From a virus, in IMG/VR virus record IMGVR_UViG_3300023203_000032: 43,859 nucleotides of DNA; one strand, written 5' to 3'. Positions 1-7,286 of the stretch are shown one piece after another (position 1 is the first letter of the stretch; each line of letters opens with the position of its first letter). The notes below the pieces were generated by a model. The model did not search any database and was not told where the DNA came from. It saw only the letters and a list, made by a program, of their open reading frames with translations. Position numbers and translations under genes: made by a program.

Positions 1-53
1 CGCTACAGGGTGGATGAAGGGACTCGAACCCTCGGCACCTGGATCCACAATCC
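1..53. repeat. att direct repeat, left copy (identical to 43807-43859)
   Basis: Base-by-base identity of cgctacagggtggatgaagggactcgaaccctcggcacctggatccacaatcc at both window ends. Confidence 0.9.
9..53 (-). pseudogene. Duplicated 3' fragment of tRNA-His(GTG); not a complete gene
   Basis: Minus strand reads GGA-TTGTGGA-TCCAG-GTGCC-GAGGG-TTCGAGT-CCCTT-CATCCAC-C (anticodon loop with GTG, variable loop, T arm, acceptor 3' strand, discriminator C). Adjacent 54-90 gives GGGGA instead of the CTGGA needed for the anticodon stem, and no D arm or GTGGATG acceptor strand. Confidence 0.7.
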
Positions 54-133
54 CCGTACCAAATCGGTACTATCTGGCACAACCCGCACAACCAAATCCC
101 GAAAATCCGGCAGGACCGTTACAGGAGGCCGGA

Positions 134-493
134 ATGAACGAGCAGGTTGTGCTCGACCGGCTGCTCACGCTCCAGCGCGGCTGGGGCGGTCAGGACGAAG
201 AGCCGATTGCCCCGGCTATCGTTGCCGAGGCCCGGAAGCTGCTTGCGTTGCTTCCTGCCGACTGGCCGAAGCCGTGGGTTGGGCCCACGTTTGCCGGCGG
301 CGTGATACTTGAGTGGTTCGATACCCGCGAGTACCTCATCGAGTATCTCAGCATCGACACCTGCGGCTGGTACATTCTAGACAAGGCTGCACGGTGGGAC
401 GCCGAGGGTCAATGCAGTGCGGAGCCGGAGACTCTACTCGCCTTGCTCCGGCTATTTCGCGATGAGCGATTCCGGGTTGGAGAGGAGCCGTGA
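134..493 (+). CDS. Hypothetical protein (119 aa)
   Basis: Track ORF 14..493. Internal ATG at 134 is preceded by AGGAGG (122-127). The upstream part overlaps the att/tRNA fragment and is unlikely to be coding. Confidence 0.6.
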   Translation: MNEQVVLDRLLTLQRGWGGQDEEPIAPAIVAEARKLLALLPADWPKPWVGPTFAGGVILEWFDTREYLIEYLSIDTCGWYILDKAARWDAEGQCSAEPETLLALLRLFRDERFRVGEEP

Positions 494-599
494 GATTCTG
501 CCCGTGGTGTCAGTTTGGCGGCCCCATCCCGCCGTACTCGTTCGCAGACAGCGACGGCAGTAACGAACGCAATGAACGCTCTGGCAGCGCTGGAGAACC

Positions 600-869
600 T
601 CATCGCTTCGCAAGCCACTCCAGAATCGCTGCAACCTCGTCCGGCGTGAAAATTTGCCACTGATCGGGCCCGACCAATAGAGCCCGATACTCGCAGGCAT
701 CGGCAACCCGCCAGATCGTGCGAGTCTCGGGAATCGGTGGTCCCTCGCGTTCCCATCCGCTGATACAGCGTTGAGTGATCCCGAGCCGCTCGGCAATCTG
801 GACTTGCGTCAGGCCGGCGCGCTTTCGCATCTCGCGGATTGCCGCGGCGGTGGTAAAGGTTTGTCGCAT
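600..869 (-). CDS. XRE-family helix-turn-helix transcriptional regulator (89 aa)
   Basis: HTH motif AGLTQVQIAERLGITQRCISGWEREG. ATG at 869 has GGGAGA about 6 nt upstream; the track ORF begins at a TTG at 890. Confidence 0.8.
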   Translation of the reverse strand: MRQTFTTAAAIREMRKRAGLTQVQIAERLGITQRCISGWEREGPPIPETRTIWRVADACEYRALLVGPDQWQIFTPDEVAAILEWLAKR

Positions 870-942
870 CCGTTTCTCCCGCAGAATCAACCCCGCCCCG
901 GCCGCCCCGCGACGAGCCAGGCGACCGGGGGAGGTTTCGGGC

Positions 943-1320
943 TCACTCGGCCCGCATCGTAGCTTGAATCCAACGCTTCACGTCGCGGACGGCATCGGCC
1001 GCGACTCCATCGTATCCTGGAGGCAGAGTCGCTTTCGCCGACGCGCCGCCGCCGGACCACACACTGTAATCGTGCGAGTCGTAACACTCGCCGTGTGCCG
1101 CGAACCGGTAGATGCGTGTCTCGCATCGAATTTCTTCTGCCTCGTCGCCCTCGTTGAGCCACCAGGTTAGCTCAACCGTGAGGTAAACTGTGCCGGTGCT
1201 TGCTCGCGTGTAGTCGCAACACGCCTCAGCACCTGCGGCCTCTGCTGTCTTCTCGGCGGCATGAATCACCCGATCTATGTCTGCTTGCCGCGGGCCAGGC
1301 CTGTTCGGTCGGAAAGTCAT
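943..1320 (-). CDS. Hypothetical protein (125 aa), first gene of a two-gene operon with the XRE regulator
   Basis: ATG-initiated ORF directly downstream of the consensus-like promoter at 1377-1404. Non-repetitive protein-like composition; no motif recognised. Confidence 0.6.
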   Translation of the reverse strand: MTFRPNRPGPRQADIDRVIHAAEKTAEAAGAEACCDYTRASTGTVYLTVELTWWLNEGDEAEEIRCETRIYRFAAHGECYDSHDYSVWSGGGASAKATLPPGYDGVAADAVRDVKRWIQATMRAE

Positions 1321-1376
1321 CGCGTCGCCCTTTCGTTTCGTCGCCTGTCTTGCTCACTCTCACTCTCACTGTCTTT

Positions 1377-1404
1377 ATTATACACTTCGACCCCTACTAG
1401 TCAA
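1377..1404 (-). promoter_or_regulatory. Sigma70-type promoter candidate TTGACT-16 nt-TATAAT
   Basis: Minus strand reads TTGACT agtaggggtcgaagtg TATAAT inside an AT-rich island, about 55 nt upstream of the ATG at 1320. The predicted leader carries (GAGAGT)x3. Confidence 0.55.
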
Positions 1405-1613
1405 TACTTCTACTTGAATTTTCCGGGAATTTTTCTCAACCGGGGGGGGTGCCACCATTTTGCCGGCCTCAGCAAAAGCCCCCCGGCCGGGGTACGTGGC
1501 CGAGAATGGGCCTAGCTTCGCGTCTGGCGGGCTGTTCTGCCGGACGGCCAGAAAACCACGGCCTAGGGCGCGCATCGCAGCCACGGGGCGGCCAGGCGAC
1601 AGCACAACCGTTG

Positions 1614-1667
1614 CAACCGCTACAGGTGGCTCACGCCCGTCCACTGCGCACCTGGAACCACCATACC
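1614..1667. repeat. Degenerate internal copy of the att / tRNA-His 3' region
   Basis: caaccgctacagg-tgg ... gcacctggaaccaccatacc aligns with att caaccgctacagggtgg ... gcacctggatccacaatcc. There is an exact 13-mer plus a 9-mer at comparable spacing, but the central T-arm part has diverged. Confidence 0.5.
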
Positions 1668-1832
1668 GGGGGGTTGACCCGGCGGATGGCGGCTGCCGAT
1701 GATGAGAGACATGAGACTCGGTCGCGGAGCACGGATGCACCTGGCCGCTATTGGGGTCATGGCGGTCTACTTCCTTGGCCGCTGGGCGTGGGGTCTGCTG
1801 GAGAGTCTTCTCTGACCACCGGAAGCGTTCCG

Positions 1833-2042
1833 ATGCGATACCTGCTTGCCATTGTTTGTCCGCCGCTGGCGGTGCTCCTCTGCGGGAAGTTCTTTCAAGC
1901 GCTCATCAGCGTGCCGCTGACCTTGTGCTTCCTTCTGCCCGGCGTGATCCACGCGGTTTGCGTTGTCTCGTCTACGGAGAGTGAACGTCGGCACCGGGAA
2001 CTTTGCGCAACCGTGGCGGCTTCTGGTCGTGGACAAGTGTGA
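1833..2042 (+). CDS. YqaE/Pmp3-like small membrane proteolipid (69 aa)
   Basis: MRYLLAIVCPPLAVLL...LLPGVIHAVCVV matches the remembered UPF0057/Pmp3 pattern (LPPLxV ... PGxIHAxxV). ATG at 1833 within track ORF 1449..2042. Confidence 0.7.
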   Translation: MRYLLAIVCPPLAVLLCGKFFQALISVPLTLCFLLPGVIHAVCVVSSTESERRHRELCATVAASGRGQV

Positions 2043-2056
2043 TGGGAGGGCCGACG

Positions 2057-2323
2057 ATGAGGCGACGTGGATTCACGCTAACCGAATTGCTCATTGTTGT
2101 GGCCATTATCGGAATGCTGGCGGGCATGGCCTATCCAGTCATCTACAAAGCTCGGCAGAAAGCGTACATCGACGATACGAAACGCCTCGTCACGAAGCTG
2201 CACTACATCGTGCTTCGCAGATACGACGAGTTGCGACACCAACGTCTGCCGATGTCCATGCCGCAAGTCTACACGGCAGCCGGCATCCGGGGGGGGTTGT
2301 CCGGCTCGCGGCGGGTCGTGTAA
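2057..2323 (+). CDS. Prepilin-type N-terminal cleavage/methylation motif protein, short (88 aa)
   Basis: MRRRGFTLTELLIVVAIIGMLAGMAYP is a class III signal peptide (G/FTLxE plus a hydrophobic helix). GGGAGGG lies 7 nt upstream of the ATG at 2057. The ORF contains a G8 tract at 2289-2296. Confidence 0.75.
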   Translation: MRRRGFTLTELLIVVAIIGMLAGMAYPVIYKARQKAYIDDTKRLVTKLHYIVLRRYDELRHQRLPMSMPQVYTAAGIRGGLSGSRRVV

Positions 2324-2551
2324 AGTAGGATCGCACGATGTAGCAGGGCCCGGCGCTCTCACGTCCTCGCGTCAGGTCCTGCGCCTTTTCCAAATCTCGG
2401 CTGCCCGAAGGCAGATCACCATCAGTTGTGCCGTACTCCCGACATATCGCAAGGATGAGCGTCGTTGCGGCGGTAGTGACGGGGTTCTATCTAATGGCAC
2501 GCGCGGTGTGGATGGCAATCTCCGGAGTCGGCGAGTAGCGGGGGGCGATGG

Positions 2552-2959
2552 ATGAGCAGAGCAGACGATTCCTCTCCGGGCGCGTTTGACTTACAGGGGC
2601 CAGCGCAGAGTAGCGTGCGCCAGGCTGACTGTGACACCGAGGCGCGCGAGGGAATATCGCCGGGCAACCTTGTCGCGTGGATCATCATCATCGCCGGCGG
2701 AGCAATTGCCACGATCTTCGTGGCCGTCGGTCTTCTGTACGGATGGTCACGCGCAGTGGATGTCGTCACTTCGGTTGGGATGATATTCTTCGGCGTGCTG
2801 ATCTACTTTGCTCCGCGGATCAATGCGGGGCTGCGGGATCATCCAAACAAGGTAGCTATCGGCGTGTTGAATATCGCCTTGGGCTGGACGCTCTTGGGCT
2901 GGGTCGTCGCACTCGTGTGGTCATCAATGGCCATTCGCCGCGACGTGGAATACCGATAG
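2552..2959 (+). CDS. Superinfection immunity (T4 Imm-family domain) membrane protein (135 aa)
   Basis: C-terminal IYFAPRINAGLRDHPNKVAIGVLNIALGWTLLGWVVALVWS matches the remembered Imm_superinfect signature (HxNKxAIxxLNxxLGWTxxGWxxALxW). Two or more TM segments. Confidence 0.75.
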   Translation: MSRADDSSPGAFDLQGPAQSSVRQADCDTEAREGISPGNLVAWIIIIAGGAIATIFVAVGLLYGWSRAVDVVTSVGMIFFGVLIYFAPRINAGLRDHPNKVAIGVLNIALGWTLLGWVVALVWSSMAIRRDVEYR

Positions 2960-2969
2960 GGGCGGAAGG

Positions 2970-3518
2970 ATGAAGCGACGCGGCATCGCTCGGCGCACAA
3001 TCCTGATTGTCGGGCTAGTCTTGTTGCCGATCATCATTGCGAGTGTTGTGCTCGTGGGGACTGGATACGACCACGATGCGGCCGCTGAAGCACCAGTTCG
3101 TGAGACTGGTGCTACGCCTCCACGCAGCCCAGAAGAAGTCGCGTTCATCGAGAAGCTAGACGCATTTCTCGACTACTGTGACGGCACTGCACGATTGGCT
3201 GAAGAGCACCACGATATCACAGGCCGAGTTCAACAGACGGTTGATTTGTACGCTGCCATTCCCGAACCTGTGAACAACAAGGAGTGGACGCTGCACGCCC
3301 TCACAGCAGCCAAGGAGCTCAAGGAATACGTGTTTAGTGAAGCCGCAAGGGCGGAGAGAATCTCGCGGGATTTGGTTGACCTGTCTCGGCAACTCCACGC
3401 CGACAAGAAGGCGGTTTGGATTGCGGAAGATCAGCTCCGGCCTGAGTGGATAACGCTGAGAGCCACGACGATTGTGATGGCATCACAGGGAGAGGGTGGC
3501 CCTCCCATGACATCGTAA
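2970..3518 (+). CDS. N-terminally membrane-anchored hypothetical protein (182 aa)
   Basis: ATG with GGAAGG upstream. N-terminal TM RRTILIVGLVLLPIIIASVVLV followed by a soluble helical domain. Confidence 0.65.
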   Translation: MKRRGIARRTILIVGLVLLPIIIASVVLVGTGYDHDAAAEAPVRETGATPPRSPEEVAFIEKLDAFLDYCDGTARLAEEHHDITGRVQQTVDLYAAIPEPVNNKEWTLHALTAAKELKEYVFSEAARAERISRDLVDLSRQLHADKKAVWIAEDQLRPEWITLRATTIVMASQGEGGPPMTS

Positions 3519-3701
3519 TCATTTGAAGAGCTAAAAAGAGATGTTCTAGCAGATCAGGTGCTGGACTACGATAACTGTCAAAAACGAATGGTAGCAACAC
3601 GCGAGTCGCTAGAGTCGGCTGTGGCATTTGAACAGACTTGTAGGAAACTTGCTGTCGCACAAATCCGACATCGGATAAAGAAGATACGTTCGCTGAATGC
3701 T

Positions 3702-4241
3702 TCACTTTAGTTTCGCCCACTTCCCCTCAGGGCACTCTTCCGTCCGCATCTTAGCCTTGTTGCGGATTGCCAGCCCTTTGCACGAGACGCGGCAGCCGCA
3801 CTTGCCGCAGGCTTGCTTCTGGTGGTCGTAGTGATCGCACGATTCGCACGTGGCCACGCAGGCGGCGACCTCCTCAGCGGTGCGCCTCGGCCAGCCGGCC
3901 TTCGCCCAGCGGAGTAGAGCCGCCGCGTAGTGCTTCGCCTTCTCCAGGAGCGATGGGTCGCCTGTTTCCTCGGCCAGTCGGGCCGCCGCCTCCTGGACCT
4001 CGGCCGCCTTGGCGGCTTGAACCTCTTCGCGGACGGCCTCGTTCTCCGCTCGCCGGGTTTCGTCTTGCGTTCGCAGGCGAGCTCGCAGAGCGACCCGGCA
4101 TTCCGCTGCCGGCGGCTCGAACTCGGGACGCAAGTCGAGGGTCCGCCGACAGCCCGGGTTGCGGCACCGCCAGCGTATCTTGCCATCGTTTGTGCCGTCC
4201 TGCCCCCACTGGCACAGCAATGCCGGCTTTTGGTCTGTCAT
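3702..4241 (-). CDS. Cys-rich hypothetical protein with C-terminal zinc-binding-like cluster (179 aa)
   Basis: ATG overlaps the stop of the upstream gene (TAATG), with GAGGAGGAG upstream. C-terminal CESCDHY..CGKCGC..C..ECPEGKW cluster. Last gene of the long minus-strand late operon. Confidence 0.7.
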   Translation of the reverse strand: MTDQKPALLCQWGQDGTNDGKIRWRCRNPGCRRTLDLRPEFEPPAAECRVALRARLRTQDETRRAENEAVREEVQAAKAAEVQEAAARLAEETGDPSLLEKAKHYAAALLRWAKAGWPRRTAEEVAACVATCESCDHYDHQKQACGKCGCRVSCKGLAIRNKAKMRTEECPEGKWAKLK

Positions 4242-6355
4242 TACTCCTCCTCGTCTTCACAGGCCGGAATCACCACGGAGAAGTCAACCGGGTTGTGGTC
4301 GGCGTCCTCGTCTACGGGGATCGACACGTCGTCGCTGCAATCCAGTGGCCAGGCCAGCCGGGATTCGGGCTTGGTCGAGAACACTTGCGTGGCCTCGCCC
4401 TCGCACTCAAGCGTAATCTTCGCGCCGACCGTGAACGCTCCACCGCCGGTCGGCCGAAAGATCAGGATGCGGGCCGACAACGCTTCCGCAATGCACTCGT
4501 CGCATCCGGCCGGGTCGCCCTGGTCATAGACACCGGACCACCACACGTCATCCGTGCCGACCACGTCGGTCTCGACTCCAGCACAACTGGCCCGCTCCCG
4601 AACGATGAGTGCGGCACAACCCAGCGTTTCCATCCCCAGAATCTCGACCGCGAGCACCTCGCCTCGAATCCCGCCGTCGGGTTCGATGCACTGGTCCGCC
4701 TCGCACAGTTGCACCGTGCGGAACCAGTCGTAGTAAGACGCCGGCGTGTTTTTGCCAATGTGGTACTCGATCTGTTCGGAGAGCGCCTCGTCGGACGGAT
4801 AAATCTCGATATCGACTACTTCCAAGTCGCATAGCTGGATGCACGCTTCGGTAAAGGCCGTTGGTTTGGCTTCCGCGAAGGACCGCCAGATTCCGCAGTC
4901 CATTTCCTCGTCTGGGTCCAGGTCGATGTCGCAATTCGCGTTAATCCCGTCGCCGGTGATCGTCAGGCGGATCGTCGGCGTGCCCTCATCGTCGAGAAAC
5001 TCGACCTTGAAAAGGTATTCTTCAAGGCAGACTTCGCTGACCACTGTCGTCTGGTAGGTGCACAGCCCTTCCTCCAGATCGCGTGGCAGCGTCACCACCA
5101 GCAGTTGGCGGGGCGTACTGCCTTTGAAATTCTGGCAAAAGTAGGTTGGCGGAGCACCGCTGCGGTGTTCGGGCAGCCAGATTGCCAGGTGGATGTAGTC
5201 GCGGGTGGTGTCTTCCTTGCACTCGGGGCACTGCAACGGGTCGCAGAAGACAACCACGGCCAAATCGTCGAGCGTGAATGGGCCGCCCTCGACCACTTCG
5301 TCCAGCGGAATTTTGGCCCCGGTGTCCGTGGCACAGCTCATCGGCCAGGCCACTCGGCTTGCCGCAGCCGTCCGGATCAGGTGGTGGTTACCACCCATCC
5401 AGAAACTCAGCGTCGCCCCAACCTCGAAATCCTGCTGGCCCAGTTCACGGAAGACGATGACCTGAACGTCGATACTGTCGGCCTTTCCGCCGGTACATGT
5501 CAGGCCCGTCGAGGGTTCGTAGACGCCCGACCACCAGAACTCCTCGTTGTTCGGGAGATCGTAGACGTGCTCGATGCCCAGGCATGGGGCCTTTTCGCAG
5601 ACGAGCAACGTCGGCTCGCAACCCAACTCTTCCAGGTGGATCAATTCTACGGCCAGAATCTCGGCCGGCATATCGCAATCGTCCCAACACTCCGTACAGT
5701 TACACAAGAGAAGGTAGTTGATCCGCTCGAACACACACAGGGCCGTTGCACCCCCCGCCGGGCCGTCGGACGGCTGAACGATCATCGACGGGTACTTGCC
5801 ACGAAAGTCTCCGGGATCATGGCTGCAAGGCGTAAGAATGGGGCAGTACTCCAGATCGGTCATAAACTCGATCTGCTGGCCGCAATCTGGATCGACTTCT
5901 TCGTAGTTGTACCAACAGGTTGGATAATATAAATCGCTCTGCGGAATCTCCAGAAGCGTGGACCACGGTGGGTAGCCCAACATGTGGAACTCAGCCGAGA
6001 AGTAGAAAACGTCCATGCAATTCGGCGTGGTGAACTCGCGGGAATAGTGGCACCCCAACCCATACCGCTCATCCTGGTAGAGGTTCAGGATGATCTTCAT
6101 CTCCAGCGCAGCCAGGCATTGGCAGTACACGTTGGGCGCAAAATCCGTCAGGTCGGTGGGCGGACTCAAGACGAGAATGAGGTAGGACTTGGCCGACTCC
6201 TCATCGCACACGTCACACGGCAGCGTGGTGCAGCAACACGCCGGGTCCATGGCGATGTTGAACCCTTCACCATCATAGACAAACAGAATCACCGTCGAGT
6301 CGACAAGAGTGCCGCCCGCGCCAACCATGTAGGTGTTGATGAACTGGATCGCCAC
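4241..6355 (-). CDS. Large acidic, cysteine-rich distal tail protein candidate (704 aa) with internal domain duplication
   Basis: GTG start with a GGCGAGGAG RBS. About 42 Cys by hand count. Residues ~232-354 and ~566-684 are recognisably homologous (…AVE..LE.LGC…WWSGVY…RVAWP..C…). Downstream of the tape measure. Confidence 0.7.
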   Translation of the reverse strand: MAIQFINTYMVGAGGTLVDSTVILFVYDGEGFNIAMDPACCCTTLPCDVCDEESAKSYLILVLSPPTDLTDFAPNVYCQCLAALEMKIILNLYQDERYGLGCHYSREFTTPNCMDVFYFSAEFHMLGYPPWSTLLEIPQSDLYYPTCWYNYEEVDPDCGQQIEFMTDLEYCPILTPCSHDPGDFRGKYPSMIVQPSDGPAGGATALCVFERINYLLLCNCTECWDDCDMPAEILAVELIHLEELGCEPTLLVCEKAPCLGIEHVYDLPNNEEFWWSGVYEPSTGLTCTGGKADSIDVQVIVFRELGQQDFEVGATLSFWMGGNHHLIRTAAASRVAWPMSCATDTGAKIPLDEVVEGGPFTLDDLAVVVFCDPLQCPECKEDTTRDYIHLAIWLPEHRSGAPPTYFCQNFKGSTPRQLLVVTLPRDLEEGLCTYQTTVVSEVCLEEYLFKVEFLDDEGTPTIRLTITGDGINANCDIDLDPDEEMDCGIWRSFAEAKPTAFTEACIQLCDLEVVDIEIYPSDEALSEQIEYHIGKNTPASYYDWFRTVQLCEADQCIEPDGGIRGEVLAVEILGMETLGCAALIVRERASCAGVETDVVGTDDVWWSGVYDQGDPAGCDECIAEALSARILIFRPTGGGAFTVGAKITLECEGEATQVFSTKPESRLAWPLDCSDDVSIPVDEDADHNPVDFSVVIPACEDEEE

Positions 6356-6361
6356 GGCCGG

Positions 6362-7282
6362 TCACTCCTCGCCTTCGCACGTAACGCCCGTGTGGATCGT
6401 CTGGGCGTCCTCCTCCTCCTCCAACTGGAAGGCGAGTGTCTTGGTTTCCTTCACGTCGATATCCACATCGTTGACAGCTACGTCGGTGATCGGGGCCACC
6501 TCGCGGTAGTAGTTCATAATATAGTACTTGCCGCTGACCTCGACCGCCGTGCATTTGTAGCCGGAAGGCAAGACCGAGCCGGCCGGCAAAAGCGACCAGT
6601 CGTAGACAATCGCCCTGCTAGCGTTTTCCAGCGGGTCGTGCCCGAAGACCCACATTTCGGCCGCGCCGCCGGCCATGAGGTTTGTCGTGAGCCGGCCGAT
6701 GACGACGTTGGAGCCAGAGTGGCTGCTGCCGATGTTCACGATTGCCCACGCGATGGTCTCGGCCGTGGCCGAGGGGTCGAGCCAGAGAATCCGGACGCCC
6801 TTGTCGCCGGTGCCCAGCCAGACGGTCTCGCCGCCGCCCGTCTTGTAGTCGATCACGTCGCAGAACTCATCGGTGGTCGCGTTGACGTAGACGCGAACGA
6901 CGGCATGGCCCACCAGGACCGCGCGGGCGAAGCTCTGCCGATAGTCGGGCGCGCTCGAGGAGGCCAACGCCGGGGCAACCAGCGCGGCCCACTTGCCGCA
7001 ATGGTCCGGCTTGACCGGCGTCACGCCCGAGAAGGCCGGCAGGCCGTCGCATCGCACCGGATCGTCCACCGGCAAAAAGAGCGGCTCGTTGAGGCCGACG
7101 ATCTGGAACGCGGCCAGGTCGGACCCCGTGTCATTGCGGATGAGAATTTCAGCCGTGCTACGACGCGACGGCACGCGCCCCCCGTGGCCGGCCATGGACT
7201 CCGCAATCGCGTCGGCCTCCGAGCGCAACACCGCCCGATTGATCCGCGCGGCGGCGTCGTCGTCAATCCAATCGAACGGCAT
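6362..7282 (-). CDS. Hypothetical minor tail/tail tip protein (306 aa)
   Basis: ATG at 7282, 4 nt after the upstream stop. Assigned by position in the tail module; no motif recognised. Confidence 0.6.
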   Translation of the reverse strand: MPFDWIDDDAAARINRAVLRSEADAIAESMAGHGGRVPSRRSTAEILIRNDTGSDLAAFQIVGLNEPLFLPVDDPVRCDGLPAFSGVTPVKPDHCGKWAALVAPALASSSAPDYRQSFARAVLVGHAVVRVYVNATTDEFCDVIDYKTGGGETVWLGTGDKGVRILWLDPSATAETIAWAIVNIGSSHSGSNVVIGRLTTNLMAGGAAEMWVFGHDPLENASRAIVYDWSLLPAGSVLPSGYKCTAVEVSGKYYIMNYYREVAPITDVAVNDVDIDVKETKTLAFQLEEEEDAQTIHTGVTCEGEE

Positions 7283-7286
7283 GGCT

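Noticed and set aside
1-100. A complete tRNA, or a tmRNA-like acceptor/T-arm minihelix (GTGGAT...ATCCAC pairing), at the left end.
   Set aside because: The GTGGAT segment is the anticodon loop and stem of tRNA-His, not an acceptor strand. The sequence at 54-100 provides no D arm, no 5' anticodon-stem strand and no 5' acceptor strand, so this copy is only the duplicated att fragment.
1442-1449. G8 tract in the divergent promoter region, and similar G/C runs at 10043-10050 and 34503-34509, as phase-variation switches.
   Set aside because: Homopolymeric G/C runs of 7-8 nt recur throughout this GC-rich sequence. Only the one inside the pilin-like ORF has a specific frame consequence, and that one is reported separately.
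2455-2538. 27-codon hydrophobic ORF (MSVVAAVVTGFYLMARAVWMAISGVGE) between the pilin-like and Imm-like genes.
   Set aside because: It is plausible as a small membrane peptide, with moderate third-position G/C bias and AAGG upstream. It is too short to support without comparative or expression data, so it is not listed as a feature.
4304-5662. Diversity-generating retroelement (template/variable repeat pair) in the 704-aa tail protein.
   Set aside because: No reverse transcriptase gene is present in the window. The two copies differ at all base types and at many positions, consistent with an old domain duplication.
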